Program-made: the position numbers and the translations under genes | Shown: piece by piece, positions 1-13,439 of the stretch | Position numbering within the stretch: the stretch's first letter is position 1 | Layout: every line of letters starts with the position of its first letter | The notes under the pieces: model-generated | Database searches by the model: none | Seen by the model: only the letters and a program-made list of their open reading frames with translations | Told to the model about the DNA's origin: nothing | Assembly (NCBI RefSeq): GCF_963506605.1 | Contig: NC_083283.1 | Span: 34,658,001-34,722,000 of the forward strand | Reading direction: 5' to 3' | DNA length: 64,000 nucleotides | Origin: Zootoca vivipara | Taxonomy: Eukaryota

Positions 1-129
1 CTGTTGAGATATATTTGTGGGTATTGAAGACAAGAAAGGACATAATATGTATATATTGGTAGCCCTGCCCTCTTGATGACGCATAATCGGTGTCAGTCTG
101 AAGGGCGGGGGGAATTCCGGGTATGTAGG

Positions 130-420
130 GTTTCCTCCATGGGGATGGGAACCCTGGTCAAAGAAGAAAAAGCCCCTATCAGGCTGATGTTGGCTAGAGG
201 TTTGGCCAAGAAGCGCATCATCAGTAGGTGGGTGCATCTGTAAACTACTAATTGTGCATGCCCGGGTGGTTGAAATACTAGTAACTTCTGAAAACTGCTA
301 TGCGCCTATTGAAAAAGTGCATGGCAATTTGTGGCAAGAACTATAGTATGTGATCATTATCAGTGGTGGTGAGATAATCTGAAGGATGTAAACGATGTTG
401 ACAACATATTGATTGTGTAA
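130..420 (+). mobile_element. Degenerate L1/Tx1-clade LINE 3' fragment (ORF2 C-terminus)
   Basis: Translation EKAPIRLMLARGLAKKRIISRW resembles the 'AK..I...W' motif at the end of L1 ORF2; boundaries approximate. Confidence 0.35.
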
Positions 421-479
421 TCCTGTAAGGTATGCAGCCCTGTTTTCATATTACAGACAAATACGGTAAGGCTGTTGGA

Positions 480-800
480 GGCAATAACCAAAGATCATAT
501 CGTAGGCTGCAATGCTGTGTTCAAAGGGCCGCAACCAGGTGATCAGATAGAGGAGTTTTCTTGGCAGCTTCACAAACATGCCTAGCATCGTGGAATATGC
601 TTTCATATGGTGTACTCCCACATTGCAAGGCAGACCTGGTAAGTATCTTGATGATGTGGATGAGGTCAGTAGCATGAGGCACTTTGTCAGGAGGGATGGT
701 CCCTATTAGGTGGAAAAGATCTAAGCGGCCAGCCTCTTCCATGAGCACATTATTTGTATGTGCTCCCTTGTAGCATGGGATTGCGCAATACGGAAGCATC
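480..800 (-). mobile_element. Possible decayed L1-type AP-endonuclease fragment
   Basis: ORF 521..799 has LMEEAGRLDL...TRSAL...PLSDH, which parallels the L1 EN C-terminal motifs (L.D.W, SRID, SDH); weak. Confidence 0.25.
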
Positions 801-994
801 TACGAGCTTCGTGTGTGAAGGCGGCCTGTAAGTGTAGCTAGAATGAAAATTGTATGGCAGGATAGTGATGCTCATCCAAATATATTCTGAAGGATTGCTA
901 TGAATATGTCATAGGGTTACCATGCGCTGCCCTTAGAAGGAGGACATGACACAAACATTTTCAATGAATTAGCGTTTTACGCACACCACGAATA

Positions 995-1237
995 CAGTGG
1001 TACCTCTACTTATGAATTTAATGCGTCCCGAACGCACATTTCTAAGTCGAAAAAATTTGTAAGTCGAATCCCATAGGAATTCATTGGGAGAAAAAATTCG
1101 TACGTAGAAGCAACCCTATCTAAAAATTCGTAAGTAGAAAAAATCCTATCTAAACTGCATCCAAGATGGCGGATGGAGCTCCATTTGTAAGTAGAAACAT
1201 TCGTAAGTAGAGTTATTCGTAAGTAGAGGTACCACTG
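995..1237. mobile_element. Tc1/mariner (pogo/Tigger-like) MITE
   Basis: TIRs CAGTGGTACCTCTACTTA / TAAGTAGAGGTACCACTG, TA duplicated at 993-994 and 1238-1239, internal TTCGTAAGTAGA repeats. Confidence 0.9.
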
Positions 1238-2149
1238 TAGTTAAAGTTCTGGGCTGTTAAAGGTCCCTGTCCTGCTGAAATTAAATAGTACATTTAAGTA
1301 CTATTGAGTAATTCACCCACACTCAGATGTACAGGCAGAACATTGTATCAGGGGAAATATTATCAATAGGTGGTGGCTAACTCATTCCACTGATTGCAGT
1401 GAGACTTAAGCATAACTTTTACTTGGATCAGAGCCTTAAACATCAAGGTCCAGAATCATTTGCATACTGGCAACATTTTCTACACATTTTTACACGAAGA
1501 TATAAGGATTAACCCTTCAAAAACAATAGCTTACATTCTGATCTTCTTAGTCAATTATTTCCTATATACTAGTAGATGGTTTGCTGAAAGGGGAAGAGAA
1601 GTCCATGAATTTAGTTTTTACATCCCCACCCCCCAGCCCCTAGCATGGATTTTAATGAGAAAAACTTTGCTGTCATTTCTTCACTGTCAGCATCAGGTAC
1701 TATAATTTGCTCATGTAATACACTGTGGCCTAAAGGTATTTTGCCACCCAGCAGAACAATTTCATAACAAAAGAATCAATAGCTCATTATTTGTGGGCCC
1801 AGAATACTTTGCATGTTGCTTTAGAGATTTCATTACATTTAGGAGATTATTTGCAAATTAAAGCAATCTTTGGTGCAATCCATTAAATTGTCAGTTAATC
1901 TTCTTAAAATAGACTTTGTTTTAAGCTCCATGTAAAAAGAATATTATTTTTTATAAAGTATGTTGTAGAAGATTGGACTGCTTGAACAAAGAACACAGGT
2001 GGTATTGTTATTTTATGAGCAGTTCGTTTTTAATATGTTTTCCTCTGATATATGTCACTAGTGTGTTACAGTTATAAACGAATAACTATCATGAATAATT
2101 TCATTCCATCAACATGCTTTCCATGGACTTCTTAAAATTTGAAATATTA

Positions 2150-2620
2150 TATTTCACCTTTCTGTTTGATAATAGGCCTCCAAGGCAGTTAACAGTAAGG
2201 GAAACTAAAACATAAGAGAAATTAAAAGATAATAGGATATAATCACAATAAAAGAGTAAAACCTAAGACAGCCATCCATAATGTATAAAAAAATAAACTA
2301 ATAATATGAACAAAATATTTTCCCTACAACATTAAAAAAAACTAGCAGCAATCAGAAAATAATAATAGGCTTTTTGTCTTTTCCCCTGAATGGTTTCTTA
2401 AAATGGAAGGTCTTAACTCTTATGGGAGAAGACAAGAAAGTTCCATTTTTCAGGGTGCCACCAAGAAAAAGGTCTTGTCCCTTGTGACCATCAGCCTCAT
2501 TTCAACGATGTGTTACTCAGAGCAGCGCTTTGATCTGATAATTCAGGCACAATTGTGTGGCGTTACATGGTCCTTCAGATATCCTGCTTCAACAGGATTG
2601 GTCAGTTCCCATGTTCCAAA
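2150..2620 (-). mobile_element. Old L2-like LINE 3' fragment
   Basis: Degenerate resemblance to the reverse complement of the L2 3' end seen at 15543-15898; approximate. Confidence 0.35.
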
Positions 2621-5196
2621 GAAGGACCTCAATAGCATATATGCATAGGGGGCACTTCAGAAGGGGTGTGTATGCATGCAGGTTTTTTTTCTTCTTCTGG
2701 CAGTGGAAAGTCACCCTAACCCTAAAATAGCAGCACTTTGAAGTAAGCCAAGAAACCAGCTGAGAACCTGTTCTCAAATAAAGTGTAGCCTGATCCTTGC
2801 TGGCCTTCAGATACGTAAAGGTTTGCATGTGTGAAAAGCAGGTTATAATTCATTCCTGGTACACATGTTTTAATAGAGAAGTCCCCCACCCCCACCCCTT
2901 GTCTCAGATATAAAGCTTGTAGAACTATTCAGCAGTGAACGATGGTACTTTACATATCCTCAGAGGCACTTTTAAATCTATTATTACCTTACATGTTCTA
3001 AGACTAGTCCTTGATATGGAAAGCAGATTGGAGCTTCAGCTTTCTCCAGATTACTTTTAATTCTTAGTTTGGCTTTGGCTTTTTCATCCCTGTATTTCAG
3101 GATTCCTAATATTGTGCTTTGATGAGATATAAAATGCATTCTCCAGACACACTTAAGATGAGGAAAGCATTAGATTCCTTGAATTGAGTCTAGTCCCTTG
3201 TAGGAATCAACACTCTACTTGTGGATTCCCAACCGCCATTTATGTCTCTCACATTTGCAATATTTGTGGCCCCCCCATAATGAGTGCCATTTTTGCTGAG
3301 ATGAGTGACAAGGCCAGTGGGATCCCATTTCCTTCTGCCACTCCAGATGAATGACTCTTCTGCTAATGTTATCCCTCTCTCTTTCTCATGGGAGCCGGAA
3401 GAAAGCAGATCTGCAACCTACAGAGTTCTCTTTAACCTTCCTGCATTATTACATTTGCTAGAGGTGATGTACAAAATCCATTTGCAATTGGGGTGGGACA
3501 GGTTGTCTCTTGACAATTTGCTAGCATCCTTTAAGAACAGTGAAAGCAGTAATGCTGATAGCAGTATAAAATTTGGCTGCAGTATTAATATATGCTGCAG
3601 TTTTCAACCTTGCCCATTAAAGAGCAATTAAAGGCTGAGGAAGCAGCCTTTCCTCTCTCTGTATTTTTCCCTTTGCTCCATTACTTACTTGTCTGTGCCA
3701 CTTTTTCCTATCTAATTTTCCCCATGTGTGCGTACACAAAGCCAAATTGGACAGGGAACAAACTGTTTAGGAACAAAAACGCAGTTCATATTTTAAGTAC
3801 AGGATGGCAGAAACTTCATGGCCACGATGTAATTGTGTAATATGTTAAGTATGCTATGCACAGCAGTCAAGGTTTTCAAACTTTTTACCTTCAAGGGAAC
3901 ACTTTTCATTTTCACATCAACTTGTCTGCCAAGGAGCCCCTGATAAACCCTGCCAAGAACCTACGCCTAGAAAAATCCCACTGCATTGCAGTAGGACTGA
4001 GCCCAATATTCTCCAGAAAAAGGGGAAAACATCCACTGACCCAACGTATTTCTCTTTTGTGTATGCCTGTTGGCTAATATTTGCAGTATGCAGCTGCTGT
4101 TCTGGTCCTCGTTTTCCTGAAATATGTTTCTTCTTCCTGGCTATATGATCTGAGCCAATCAAAAATTATCTAGCAAGCATGATGATATTGTGGTGTCAGC
4201 ACTTTTTTGGTCAGCACTTAGCCAATCTTACTTGGCTATCTGATTATGACATAGCCAATGCAGAACAAGGGAAAGGAGTCCTACTCTCACTCCAAATGAG
4301 CTACTGTACATTGAAAACTTGCTTCCAATTAACCCCAATTTGATGCTGAGGGGGGGAGTGTTCACAAAAACACCTCCCTTATTTGATTTGTCCTACAACA
4401 AATTCTGTTGAGTTACGGCTGAGGAAAAAGCCCTGCTTTCAGAGTAGATGGTGGAGGAGGAACAGTATTGGATGGGCCCTTAATCTTGAGCCCATGTTCT
4501 CTACATATGAAAAAATAAACTGCTTAGTTCATATATGATCAAGGCTCTTTCCTAGGAAAAAGTCAAAAATTGTAGCCCAGTTTCCTAATTATAGAGGTCT
4601 GATGTGCCTAAAAGCATTACCTGTCAGCACTCAAATGACATCCCCTCTTCAAGTATGAATTTTTTTATACAAAATATTTCAATAAGAAAAAAATATATAT
4701 GCATCTATAAAAATAAGAGGCCAAGTAATTCCAGTGTAAACTTGCCCTTTCTTTGCCCTCTGGATGTTTATGATAAATTGAGTGCATCTTATCTGTGACT
4801 TGCTTACATAATGAGGTCAGTCTTTATTATCACATCACTGATTTCTTTCTCTGGAAAGGAAAAAGGGTAAGCTTTGGTGATAGATCTTTTGTAATTACAG
4901 GAGGGGAAATATGTGGTTAAGTCGTGTCTTCCTCACAGGAATCTCAAAGCTTTTTCATTTGATTGCTCTCACTAGTACATGAAGGAGATGTTTATGAATT
5001 TTTATTTAATTTTTTATTGCCCTGAAGCTTTACTAATGCAGAATGTGAAACTATGTTGCAGATGCTGTTGCAGTCACACTCACCTGTAGTATTGGGGGAA
5101 TAATTATTCCAAAGGGATGGAAAACAACTCTTCTTGGTGTTTCATTCCTTGTACTGCTTAGCAAAAAGTTGGAAGGCAGGAGACTTTCTTTAGCTA

Positions 5197-5356
5197 GGCC
5201 ACATCCACAGCATAAACATACTGCTTAAACTAAAGAATACTGGGGACTGCAGTTTATCTCTCACAGACCTACAATTCCCGGCACACTTAATAGCTACAAG
5301 TTCCCTGGAAGCCTTGGGAGGAAAGCTGTGTGCTTTAAATGTACAGTGTGGATGTG
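5197..5356. mobile_element. Palindromic non-autonomous DNA element, same family as 55414-55589
   Basis: CACATCCACA...TGTGGATGTG-like ends and internal CTACAATTCCC motif. Confidence 0.5.
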
Positions 5357-5726
5357 AATTGAGGTAAGTTCCATGTTGAAACCATGCCCCATAACCATGC
5401 AGGAATCTGGTCTGTGTTTTAACCTACTTTTATTAATGTTGGTTCCTTGATAGGGAGGTCCTCACACATCTCTTCCCCACTGTGAATCTGCCCCTATCTC
5501 ATTCCAATGGGTGGACTAGTGCAAGAAAGCTCACCAATGGATTTACCCTCAGATAACTGGCACAGGTTTCGCAATATGGCTTATAACAAAAGAGGTACAT
5601 GTGTGCATCTAGGATTCTGAGAGTTTCTTTTTGTAAGATTAGATTTTGCCTTTAAAAAACCCCATCTGTTTGGGAACATTCTCCTACTCTCTGTATGCAA
5701 AAGCCAAAACAAATAGACAAAAGATC

Positions 5727-5894
5727 NNNNNNNNNNNNNNNNNNNNNNNNNNNNNNNNNNNNNNNNNNNNNNNNNNNNNNNNNNNNNNNNNNNNNNNNNN
5801 NNNNNNNNNNNNNNNNNNNNNNNNNNNNNNNNNNNNNNNNNNNNNNNNNNNNNNNNNNNNNNNNNNNNNNNNNNNNNNNNNNNNNNNNNNNNNN
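5727..5894. other. Assembly gap (N run)
   Basis: Ns in sequence. Confidence 1.
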
Positions 5895-6724
5895 GACAGC
5901 CTACAATACCTTTAGCTAGAATGGTAGAGGCACTTTGGAGGAACATTCTTGATTCAGAAATCGTCTATTTCTCAGGCAATTTTGGACAAAAAAATGCATT
6001 GCTTGTGCTCTGAAAAACAATGATGGACTTGAAATAAATAGAAACACAGCTATTATAGAATCTGTGCCTGTGGCTTCTGGAAAGCTAACAGTTACGTAAA
6101 CTGAACTATCTTATTTTATCCTGTTACTAATGCGAGACTCTATTCCATTGTTGTCCAATGTCAGCAGAGACAATGAAGGATAGAAAAGAATCTGTGCATT
6201 AATCCATTAGCTCAATCTTAATCTCCATGTTCTTTATTTTTTAAATCCAAACTCCTCAGTATTGTGATGCGGTGACCCAGTTTGGAATCAAGAAGTCATT
6301 TCCCCCCTTATCACAAACTATAAGTTATGGTGGCACAGTATTTTTTTTGTTACTGTCTAGATTTTTAAAAAAAGGAAATTACTAACTCAATTCTTGCTTA
6401 GTGATGCAGATAGATGCCTGAGGTCTCACTGGTTTCACTTCATTTAACATGAGGAAGGATAGAATTGACATATAAAAATACCCTGAAGAGATTGCTCATA
6501 ATTGTTAAAAAACAAAACAAAAAAGGATGGGGGTGCAGGAATCTAAACCCCAAACAACATCTATAACATGTTTTGACCTACCTTGAACAATTGCTTTACT
6601 AAAAATATCACTTCCAATCCAAGGTTTGGATCCAGAATTTTTCATGCTTCAAAGTACACCTCTTGTAATCAGTGGGACATGTGCCCAGGATTTTACTGGG
6701 TCTACTCTAAGTATTAGTTAGGAT

Positions 6725-6817
6725 TAAAATAAAAAAATTCCTTCAGTAGCACCTTAAAGACCAACTAAGTTTTTATTTTGGTATGAGCTTTCGTGTGCAT
6801 GCACACTTCTTCAGATA
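6725..6817 (-). mobile_element. Penelope-like element terminal repeat (pLTR) fragment
   Basis: AGTAGCACCTTAAAGACCAACTAAG...TGAGCTTTCGTG...CACTTCTTCAGA signature; a related copy lies in opposite orientation at 29452. Confidence 0.8.
6781..6817 (-). ncRNA. Minimal hammerhead ribozyme motif (type I, Penelope-associated)
   Basis: Minus strand reads UAU-CUGAAGA-A-GUGUG-CAUG-CACAC-GAAA-GCUC-AUAC: core CUGANGA and GAAA boxes, stem II hairpin, palindromic AGCU stem III, 3 bp of stem I left. Confidence 0.7.
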
Positions 6818-8313
6818 AGAAGAAGTGTTTAATATGTGTTTGCTCACAACCAGTCCCTTTTTTCTAGAAAACCACTGACACAGACCACTGGCTTCTGGCT
6901 GCTGCCGAGTGGGCCGCGCTGCTGGCTAGGCTCGGTGCAAGGCAAGTGCCTGCCAAGTGCCTGAAGCTGGGCTTGCCACTGCCGGGAGACGTGGCCTTCC
7001 ACCTCTATGCCATCCATGAGACCTTTGAGGAAGCCAGATGACTTTGGGTGTTGCCCGGCCACCACTGCCACTGCTGTCACTGTTGCCGACCCAGCCCGCC
7101 TGCTGAATCCCTTCCACCAGCCTTGGAGCTGGCTGAGTAAGAAAGAGGCATTATCATTGTTCAAGGGTGCCTTCCCAGCAAGGCAGAAAATACTTGGGGA
7201 GGATGTGAAGCAGAGGGGCGTGGTTAGGAGGTGTGGTCTCAAGAGAATCCCAGGCACCAGAGAGAGGTGTGGAGTCCCACATTCAGTATGAGGTTCTCCA
7301 CCCCGGTTATATAGAATGCTAGAGTTCTAATATCTTTTGTAACAGAACTAGCTTCCCTACTTAACTATGCCAACCCTTTTACAATTGCTTTCTCTATCTT
7401 TCTCATCTCTCTCCCTCTTGTCTCTGACAGCCACTCTTTCCCACACTTTCTACCAACGTCCTCTACCTTTTAAACTCTGCCCAACGTTCCATTCTACTTT
7501 CCTGCTGTCAATCATTCTTCCACTCACTCTTCTGTCACATTCCAGTATTGAGTTCCAAGTCTTCTCTAGAGGCCTTCTTCATTGTCTCTAATAAGATTAA
7601 AAACATTTTCACTGAGGAACAGTTCTGATGATCCCGCTTTTGCTGAAATGCCCAGAAGCTATTTCCACCTTAAAATCAAAACACAAGGAGGACATACTGT
7701 TTACATTTGCATATGCTGTTTGACTTCCAGACTGGTCTGCATACCTACTTCATTTTTTCAACACAGGTACAAGGTTTTCAGTATTACAATTTTTGTTCAT
7801 AGGAGTGACTTGGGAGAGACACGGATGCCTTTTTGGTGCTTTCCCCAACCTTTCCTAAGGATTTTTGACAAGGAGGAATTTTAGTGTGGCTCCTCTTCTT
7901 TGGGTTGTTGTACAGCAGCTTCGCTGCCGGTGAGAAGACTTCACTGTTCTTCATTCAGTCATGTGAAACTGCACAACTCCTGTTTGAAATCTTTAATTAT
8001 GAGGCCTGCACTTAAAATGTTTAATTTCTTCAAGTGTGCTACCATTACAAGAGAAGATGATGTTTCATGCACTCATGATTAGTGTTCATAGATAAAGTAT
8101 TTGGAGCAATTACAAATACGTATAACAAATGCACTAGTGGTAATGATTTGTGTCAGGCATTAAGGTCCCTATCAATGCCCTGCCAACTGTGTTAGGAACG
8201 TCAGACCTGAGTGACAACAATTCCACGAACAAGGAGAAAGATAGCAGAAAGTGTCTGGCAGAGGAAAGTTTATTATATTAGCTAATTAAGGAGACTGTCA
8301 TGGCTTGGTGGAG

Positions 8314-8317
<4 letters not shown>

Positions 8318-8356
<39 letters not shown>
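8318..8356. repeat. (AC)n microsatellite
   Basis: Direct reading. Confidence 0.95.
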
Positions 8357-8359
<3 letters not shown>

Positions 8360-8465
8360 TTGTTAAATGCTTAGAGTGCTCCATGGTATATTTTGGGGGC
8401 TGTTTTGATGCATTTTTCTTTGCAAAGAGAAGCAAGACAGAGTCACAGTTTATTTTACTTCTTTA

Positions 8466-8720
8466 CAGTCATACCTCTGAATACGAATGCTGCAGGTTGC
8501 GTACAACACACGTTACCGTACAACAACCCGGAGGTAAAGGAATGGGTTGCTTCCAGGTTCGGCGGTTCGTGCATGTGCAGAAGCGTCAAATGACATCATG
8601 CGCAGAAGCGCTGAATCATGACTCACGCATGTGCGCAGAAGCACTGGTGTGGGTTGTGTACTGCTCTGGATGCGAACGGGGCTCCGGAATGGATCCCGTT
8701 CGCATCCAGAGGTACTACTG
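8466..8720. mobile_element. Tc1/mariner MITE
   Basis: CAGTCATACCTCTG...CAGAGGTACTACTG termini with TA on both flanks. Confidence 0.85.
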
Positions 8721-9039
8721 TATTTACATAGGGGTCACATAGGGGTTTAGGATTTAATGCAGACTTGTGGCATGTATGTGAAGTTAGAATTCAGTTTATC
8801 TGAGGATAAATCCATGATTGCTGAACTGATTCTGCAGTCCTTGCTCTGTCTGTGGTTAGAACTATACATAACTTTTATACAGATTATGTCGTGTGTGTCT
8901 CACTCCCCCCCCAATCTGGAGACGCAGATGTGTCTGCTTTATCATCACAGAATAGTCTAAATATAGCATACCATAATACATCTAATATTCGTGATCAGCC
9001 TCAAGGAAAGAGAAGTATTGTGTTTTTTTTTTTTTGAAT

Positions 9040-9640
9040 TCATAGCCTGCCTTTTATCGCAAGTAATTTGGTGCCCATCATAACAATCTGAAATATAACC
9101 ACCGTGTAAACCAAGCAATGAAATACAATGAATAAATCACAGTAAACCAAACTCTTTGTCCAAACTACACAAGCACAACATATGTAGTGCAGGGATATGC
9201 ACAACTCATTCAGAGGGCATGGCAGAAGAGGAAAGTCTTCAGCTGGTGCTAAAAGGTGAGGGTGTTCTGGAACTGGGGTGTTATTGTTGAAAATGGCCTT
9301 TGGTGAGTCATAGACCTTAGTCAACAATGGCACTGCCAAAAGAACTTCCCCAGCTGACCTCAAGTTCTTAGCAGGAATGTTTGGTGCTCCTTCAGATAAC
9401 CAGTTCCTAAGCAGTTCAGGGTTGTATAGCTTTGGTTTGGGTTCTGGTGACAAATAGGCAACCAGTGCATACCTTTGAGGACCAGTACTAGATGACTCCA
9501 TGCAGATATGTCCATGAAAAGTACAGCTGCTTTGTTTTGCACTAGCTGCAGTCTCTGTACAGTCTTCAAGTTGAGTGAGTTGTAGTAATACAATGGGGAC
9601 GTTAGTAGTACGTGAATCACCGTGGCCCTACCATCTCTTT
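9040..9640 (-). mobile_element. L2 LINE ORF2 3' fragment
   Basis: Translation LTSPLYYYNSL..KTVQRLQLVQNKAA..LKGMHWLPI matches the L2 motifs SRLDYCN / LQLVQNAAAR / LHWLP. Confidence 0.8.
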
Positions 9641-12600
9641 CCATGCATAGCTTGGGGTGGGTTATCCTTCCCATTTCAATCTTCCATTCCATCCCTTTAC
9701 ACACCATTCCTTCTCACTCCATTCCAGCATATGCATTTTGTGCTCACCTTTTACTTAAGAGTGCATCTACCAGTAAAATGCATTTGTGAATGGGCGGTAT
9801 AAATGTAAACCACCATGATTCAGTAAAAAAAAATACTTTCTTTTTGATAATATTTTTTTTTTAGTTTTCAATTACAATCCAAGTAAAGAAAAAAAATCTG
9901 CTATTCCCATGTTAAAGATTGGGTTGTTGTTTAGGGGTAACCACCACAAGCCATTGCCTAAAAGTTCAAGGTGGCTATCAGCCAAACGCAAGCACAATTA
10001 AAGGAACAGGAATCACAGACATTTAAAACAATAAAGACAGCACCTGGAAGACAAAAACAACAACCCAAGCAGTAGATAAAACTAGCAGATTTTTTTTAAA
10101 AAAGTTGAGAACAGCAGCTGTTCATAATTTCTTTTCCCTCGAGAGCATTTGCATGTTAATTGTGTTTCAAATCCAAAAAGAACCTCTGCAGGAGAGGAAC
10201 TCAGAGAATAGCCTTTCCACATCACACTGCACAACCTGGGTAGAGGTACATCTTACTGTACATGGTAAGATGCAGATGGGAATGTAGATCTCCTTATTGC
10301 ATCACTACCATGCGCATCACTGGTCCCTTGCTAGATGCAACAATGGCTTGGGTTGGATATAGGTTGTTTGTCCGAGGCAGTGAGTCCACTGATCAGGAAA
10401 TATTTTGTTTTCCCATCCCAGAATGGAAGAAACATAAAATAAAACTCAGAAATCTCATTACAGTAGCTCTGGATTTTTACTCTGGGCTGCAGATGGACAG
10501 AGTTTTAAGGCTGCATGAAACTGGTGAGATTATGGGCTATGGATTATGCTGTCCTCTTGTTCCCGTGTTTATGGACTAATCTATGTAAATCAGAATTTGC
10601 TGCATCCAGTAATTCCTGCAGTGAAAGCAAGCCCTTTCAATGGATTTTACTGACCTTTCCATCAGGCCCCATATGGAGTGGAAAAGTTACTGGGAGGTAC
10701 AGAATAGCAAACAGCTTGTGAAAATTGTTGAAAAGAAATGAGCATATCATTTACCCGCAGGAACATATATTTTGAATCACAAAAAGCATTCAGTAGCATC
10801 AAGATGTAAGATGCCTTAGAATTTTTGGCAAAGTGCATGGTTATCATAGACCAATAATAAGTGTCTCTAGGATATGTTTTCTGAATTAGATAGCAAATAC
10901 GAGCTGCAGAGTAACTGAGGTCACACTGGGCAGCACACACAGTGCTCATGGTATGAGAGCAGCTAGATGATTGGTTTGGGGAAATAAACAAAGAAAGTAG
11001 AAAGGCTATCTTTTTCTCCAAAAGGAAACACAAGAAGGAAACTTTCCCTTTAATTTGGACCCTATTAATCATAATGCAGATAACGTGCTTCCACAGTTCC
11101 TTGTTAAGTAATTCTCCTTTCTTAGGTCTCTGATTCTTGCTCCCATTGGACAGGATAACTGCACTGCAGGAACAGACAACAGAACTAAGCCAACATCACT
11201 TAGCCACTAACTTGCTGTCAGGAAATAGCATTGCTGGGTCCCCTATTCACAGTGGATAGGGAAGGTGGAGAAATTTGGCTGTTTGCAATTAATGGAGAAC
11301 TTGCTAAATTGGCTCTTCCTAAAACAATACACAAACCAAAACACAGCCACCTTTTGAAATTCACATCTCTCTGAATTTTGCGATGCAGTTCTCCTGCCAA
11401 GTAATGTGTACAGAAAGGCCTACCCTAGGGTGAAGTGTGCATTAGAAATACATCAGATTCATGAAAAAACACACAAAATGCATTGTATTAGTGAAAAGCA
11501 CTTGCCCCCCAAAAAGACAGTATATATTGGGAGAAATATGCTACTGAATTTTCATGAAAACTTTTGTAAAAAAATAAAAAGATAAATTCACAAGCTGACC
11601 TGCAAATGTGCAGAACTGAACTTAGAATAGGAAAAAATGAGAAACCTAGAAAAATGGAAATGGATAGATTTGTTCATCCCTGACAGAGGGTATTTGTATT
11701 ATTCAAGACCCTGACAAAAATATCCTGCTGTCAGATACAGGACTTCCTCTCCTTTCAGGGTGCTGTCTCAGCTTACGCAGCAAAGAGGTAAATTTCCGCA
11801 GAGTGTAATGACAGGGACAAGAGAGCATGGACTTGTAGGTAGATCACAGGAATATGTGATCACAAGCTGACAGGCCTAGGAGGTCTGTTAAAATTTTTTT
11901 TAGTATGCAATCATTTCAACAATTGGTCTCTATTGCTATTAATGGGGTTAAGAAAAGCATTTTTATATTTCTGTGCACTGGTCTTTTGTATAGAAATACT
12001 TTTTATCAATGACTAAATATTAAAAAGTGTTGTGGTCAGGTAATCAGTTTGCTGTTGTTTAAGATACCGGAGCTCCCCATTTTGTGTTGTTCTGTGTTGG
12101 CCTGCAAGATTATCAGTGGGACACAGCACACTCATGGAGCAGGTTGACATGTTGTGGTGTCCCCCCCCCTTCCGTTTTCTTTTCTTTACTAAACTGGTCC
12201 TCTCCTCTACTTATTGTTAATCTCTAGCTCCTGGCACTGAGCATTGTCCCTTGGGAGCCGGGTTGTCATTGACTGAGCCCCCTGCTATTGAACAGTGCTC
12301 ACAGCAGGGAGCATCTAGCAAAAGCTAAAGCTGTTTCAAGCTGTATTAACCGTTGATCAGATTTCTATGTGAAAACCTGCAGGGTCATCTGGGGACAATT
12401 ATTTGAAGAGCAGCTATGCTTTTCTTCCTCCTCACACCCAACTCCCAGTACCAAATATGCAATACTGCCTTGGTGACAAAACAAATGCTGGGAAAGGGGA
12501 CTGTTTTCATTTCTATTTTTACACCAGACATGTAACACTGCCTTTTGTGTACTGTAGGGCTGATCGTAGTCTAACCTACAAAAATCAGCCAGGATGAGAG

Positions 12601-12644
12601 GGATGGTAGAGACATGTGTATTTAGAGAGATTGGGGTGTGTGTG

Positions 12645-12870
12645 TGTCTTATAGTAGTTAGAGTGCCGGACTATGACTTGCAAAGGTTCAAATCCCCATA
12701 TGTGTTCGTGAAGTTTGCTGGGTGACCTTGGGCCAGTCAACATCTCTAAGGCTAATCTACCCCATGGGGTATTGTGAGGATAAAATAGGGGTGGGAGAAA
12801 CCATGTGTGCCACCTTGAGTTCCTTGGAAGAAAGATTGTGTATTGCATTTATACCCCAAATACAATAAAG
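12645..12870 (+). mobile_element. tRNA-derived SINE (MIR/Squam2-like)
   Basis: A-box-like TAGTAGTTAGAG, B-box GGTTCAAATCC, core GGGTGACCTTGGGCCAGTC; similar to 24485-24910. Confidence 0.7.
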
Positions 12871-13124
12871 GACTTGAAGTGAGGGCAACACTAGATGTGT
12901 TACTTAGTTTATTGTTGTGAGCTGTTTGCACCATGCCTGCAAAATTCACGATGCATGAGGAACTGTTTGCTCTTCCTGCTCAGTTTCTCTGTTTGCATGA
13001 ACTTGGACTCCTATATTTAACATGTCCCCTTAAACATGTCCATTTAAACATGATAGGACACCCTCCCTCCCTTGTGTTCTGAACAGAGGATAAGTGCAAA
13101 GAATAGCTTTGTTCTGTGAATGAA

Positions 13125-13439
13125 CATAGCTGCCAAGTCTCCCATTTTTCGCGGTAAACCCCCCCGTATTTTAAACTGTCTCCCGCTGGCAGCCCAGATT
13201 GGAAAAAATCCTGTAAACCCCCCGGATTTCCTTCCTACCTGCCAGGGAGGCTCAATTTTGGGTCCGGACATGCGTAGAAGCGACTTCCGGTGCTGCGCTA
13301 CCCATGTCTGGGCACCAGAAATCGGGCGGCGCCGGCACCGGAAGTTGCTTCTACGCATGTCCAGACATGCGTAGAAGCGACTTCCGGTGCCGCACCGCTG
13401 CTGATCCCGCATTTTTCAGCGGGAGACTTGGCAGCTATG
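13125..13439. mobile_element. hAT-type MITE
   Basis: TIRs CATAGCTGCCAAGTCTCCC / GGGAGACTTGGCAGCTATG; 8-bp TSD TGAATGAA/TGAATGAG; internal palindrome ~13335-13390. Confidence 0.9.

Noticed and set aside
5581-5946. ORFs spanning N runs (also 44438-44756 and 54597-55171)
   Set aside because: Artefacts of assembly gaps
6844-7307. 137-aa and 94-aa ORFs in a GC-richer patch
   Set aside because: Ends in a hAT-like terminus (GAGGTTCTCCACCCCGG); likely a repeat interior, no protein similarity recognised
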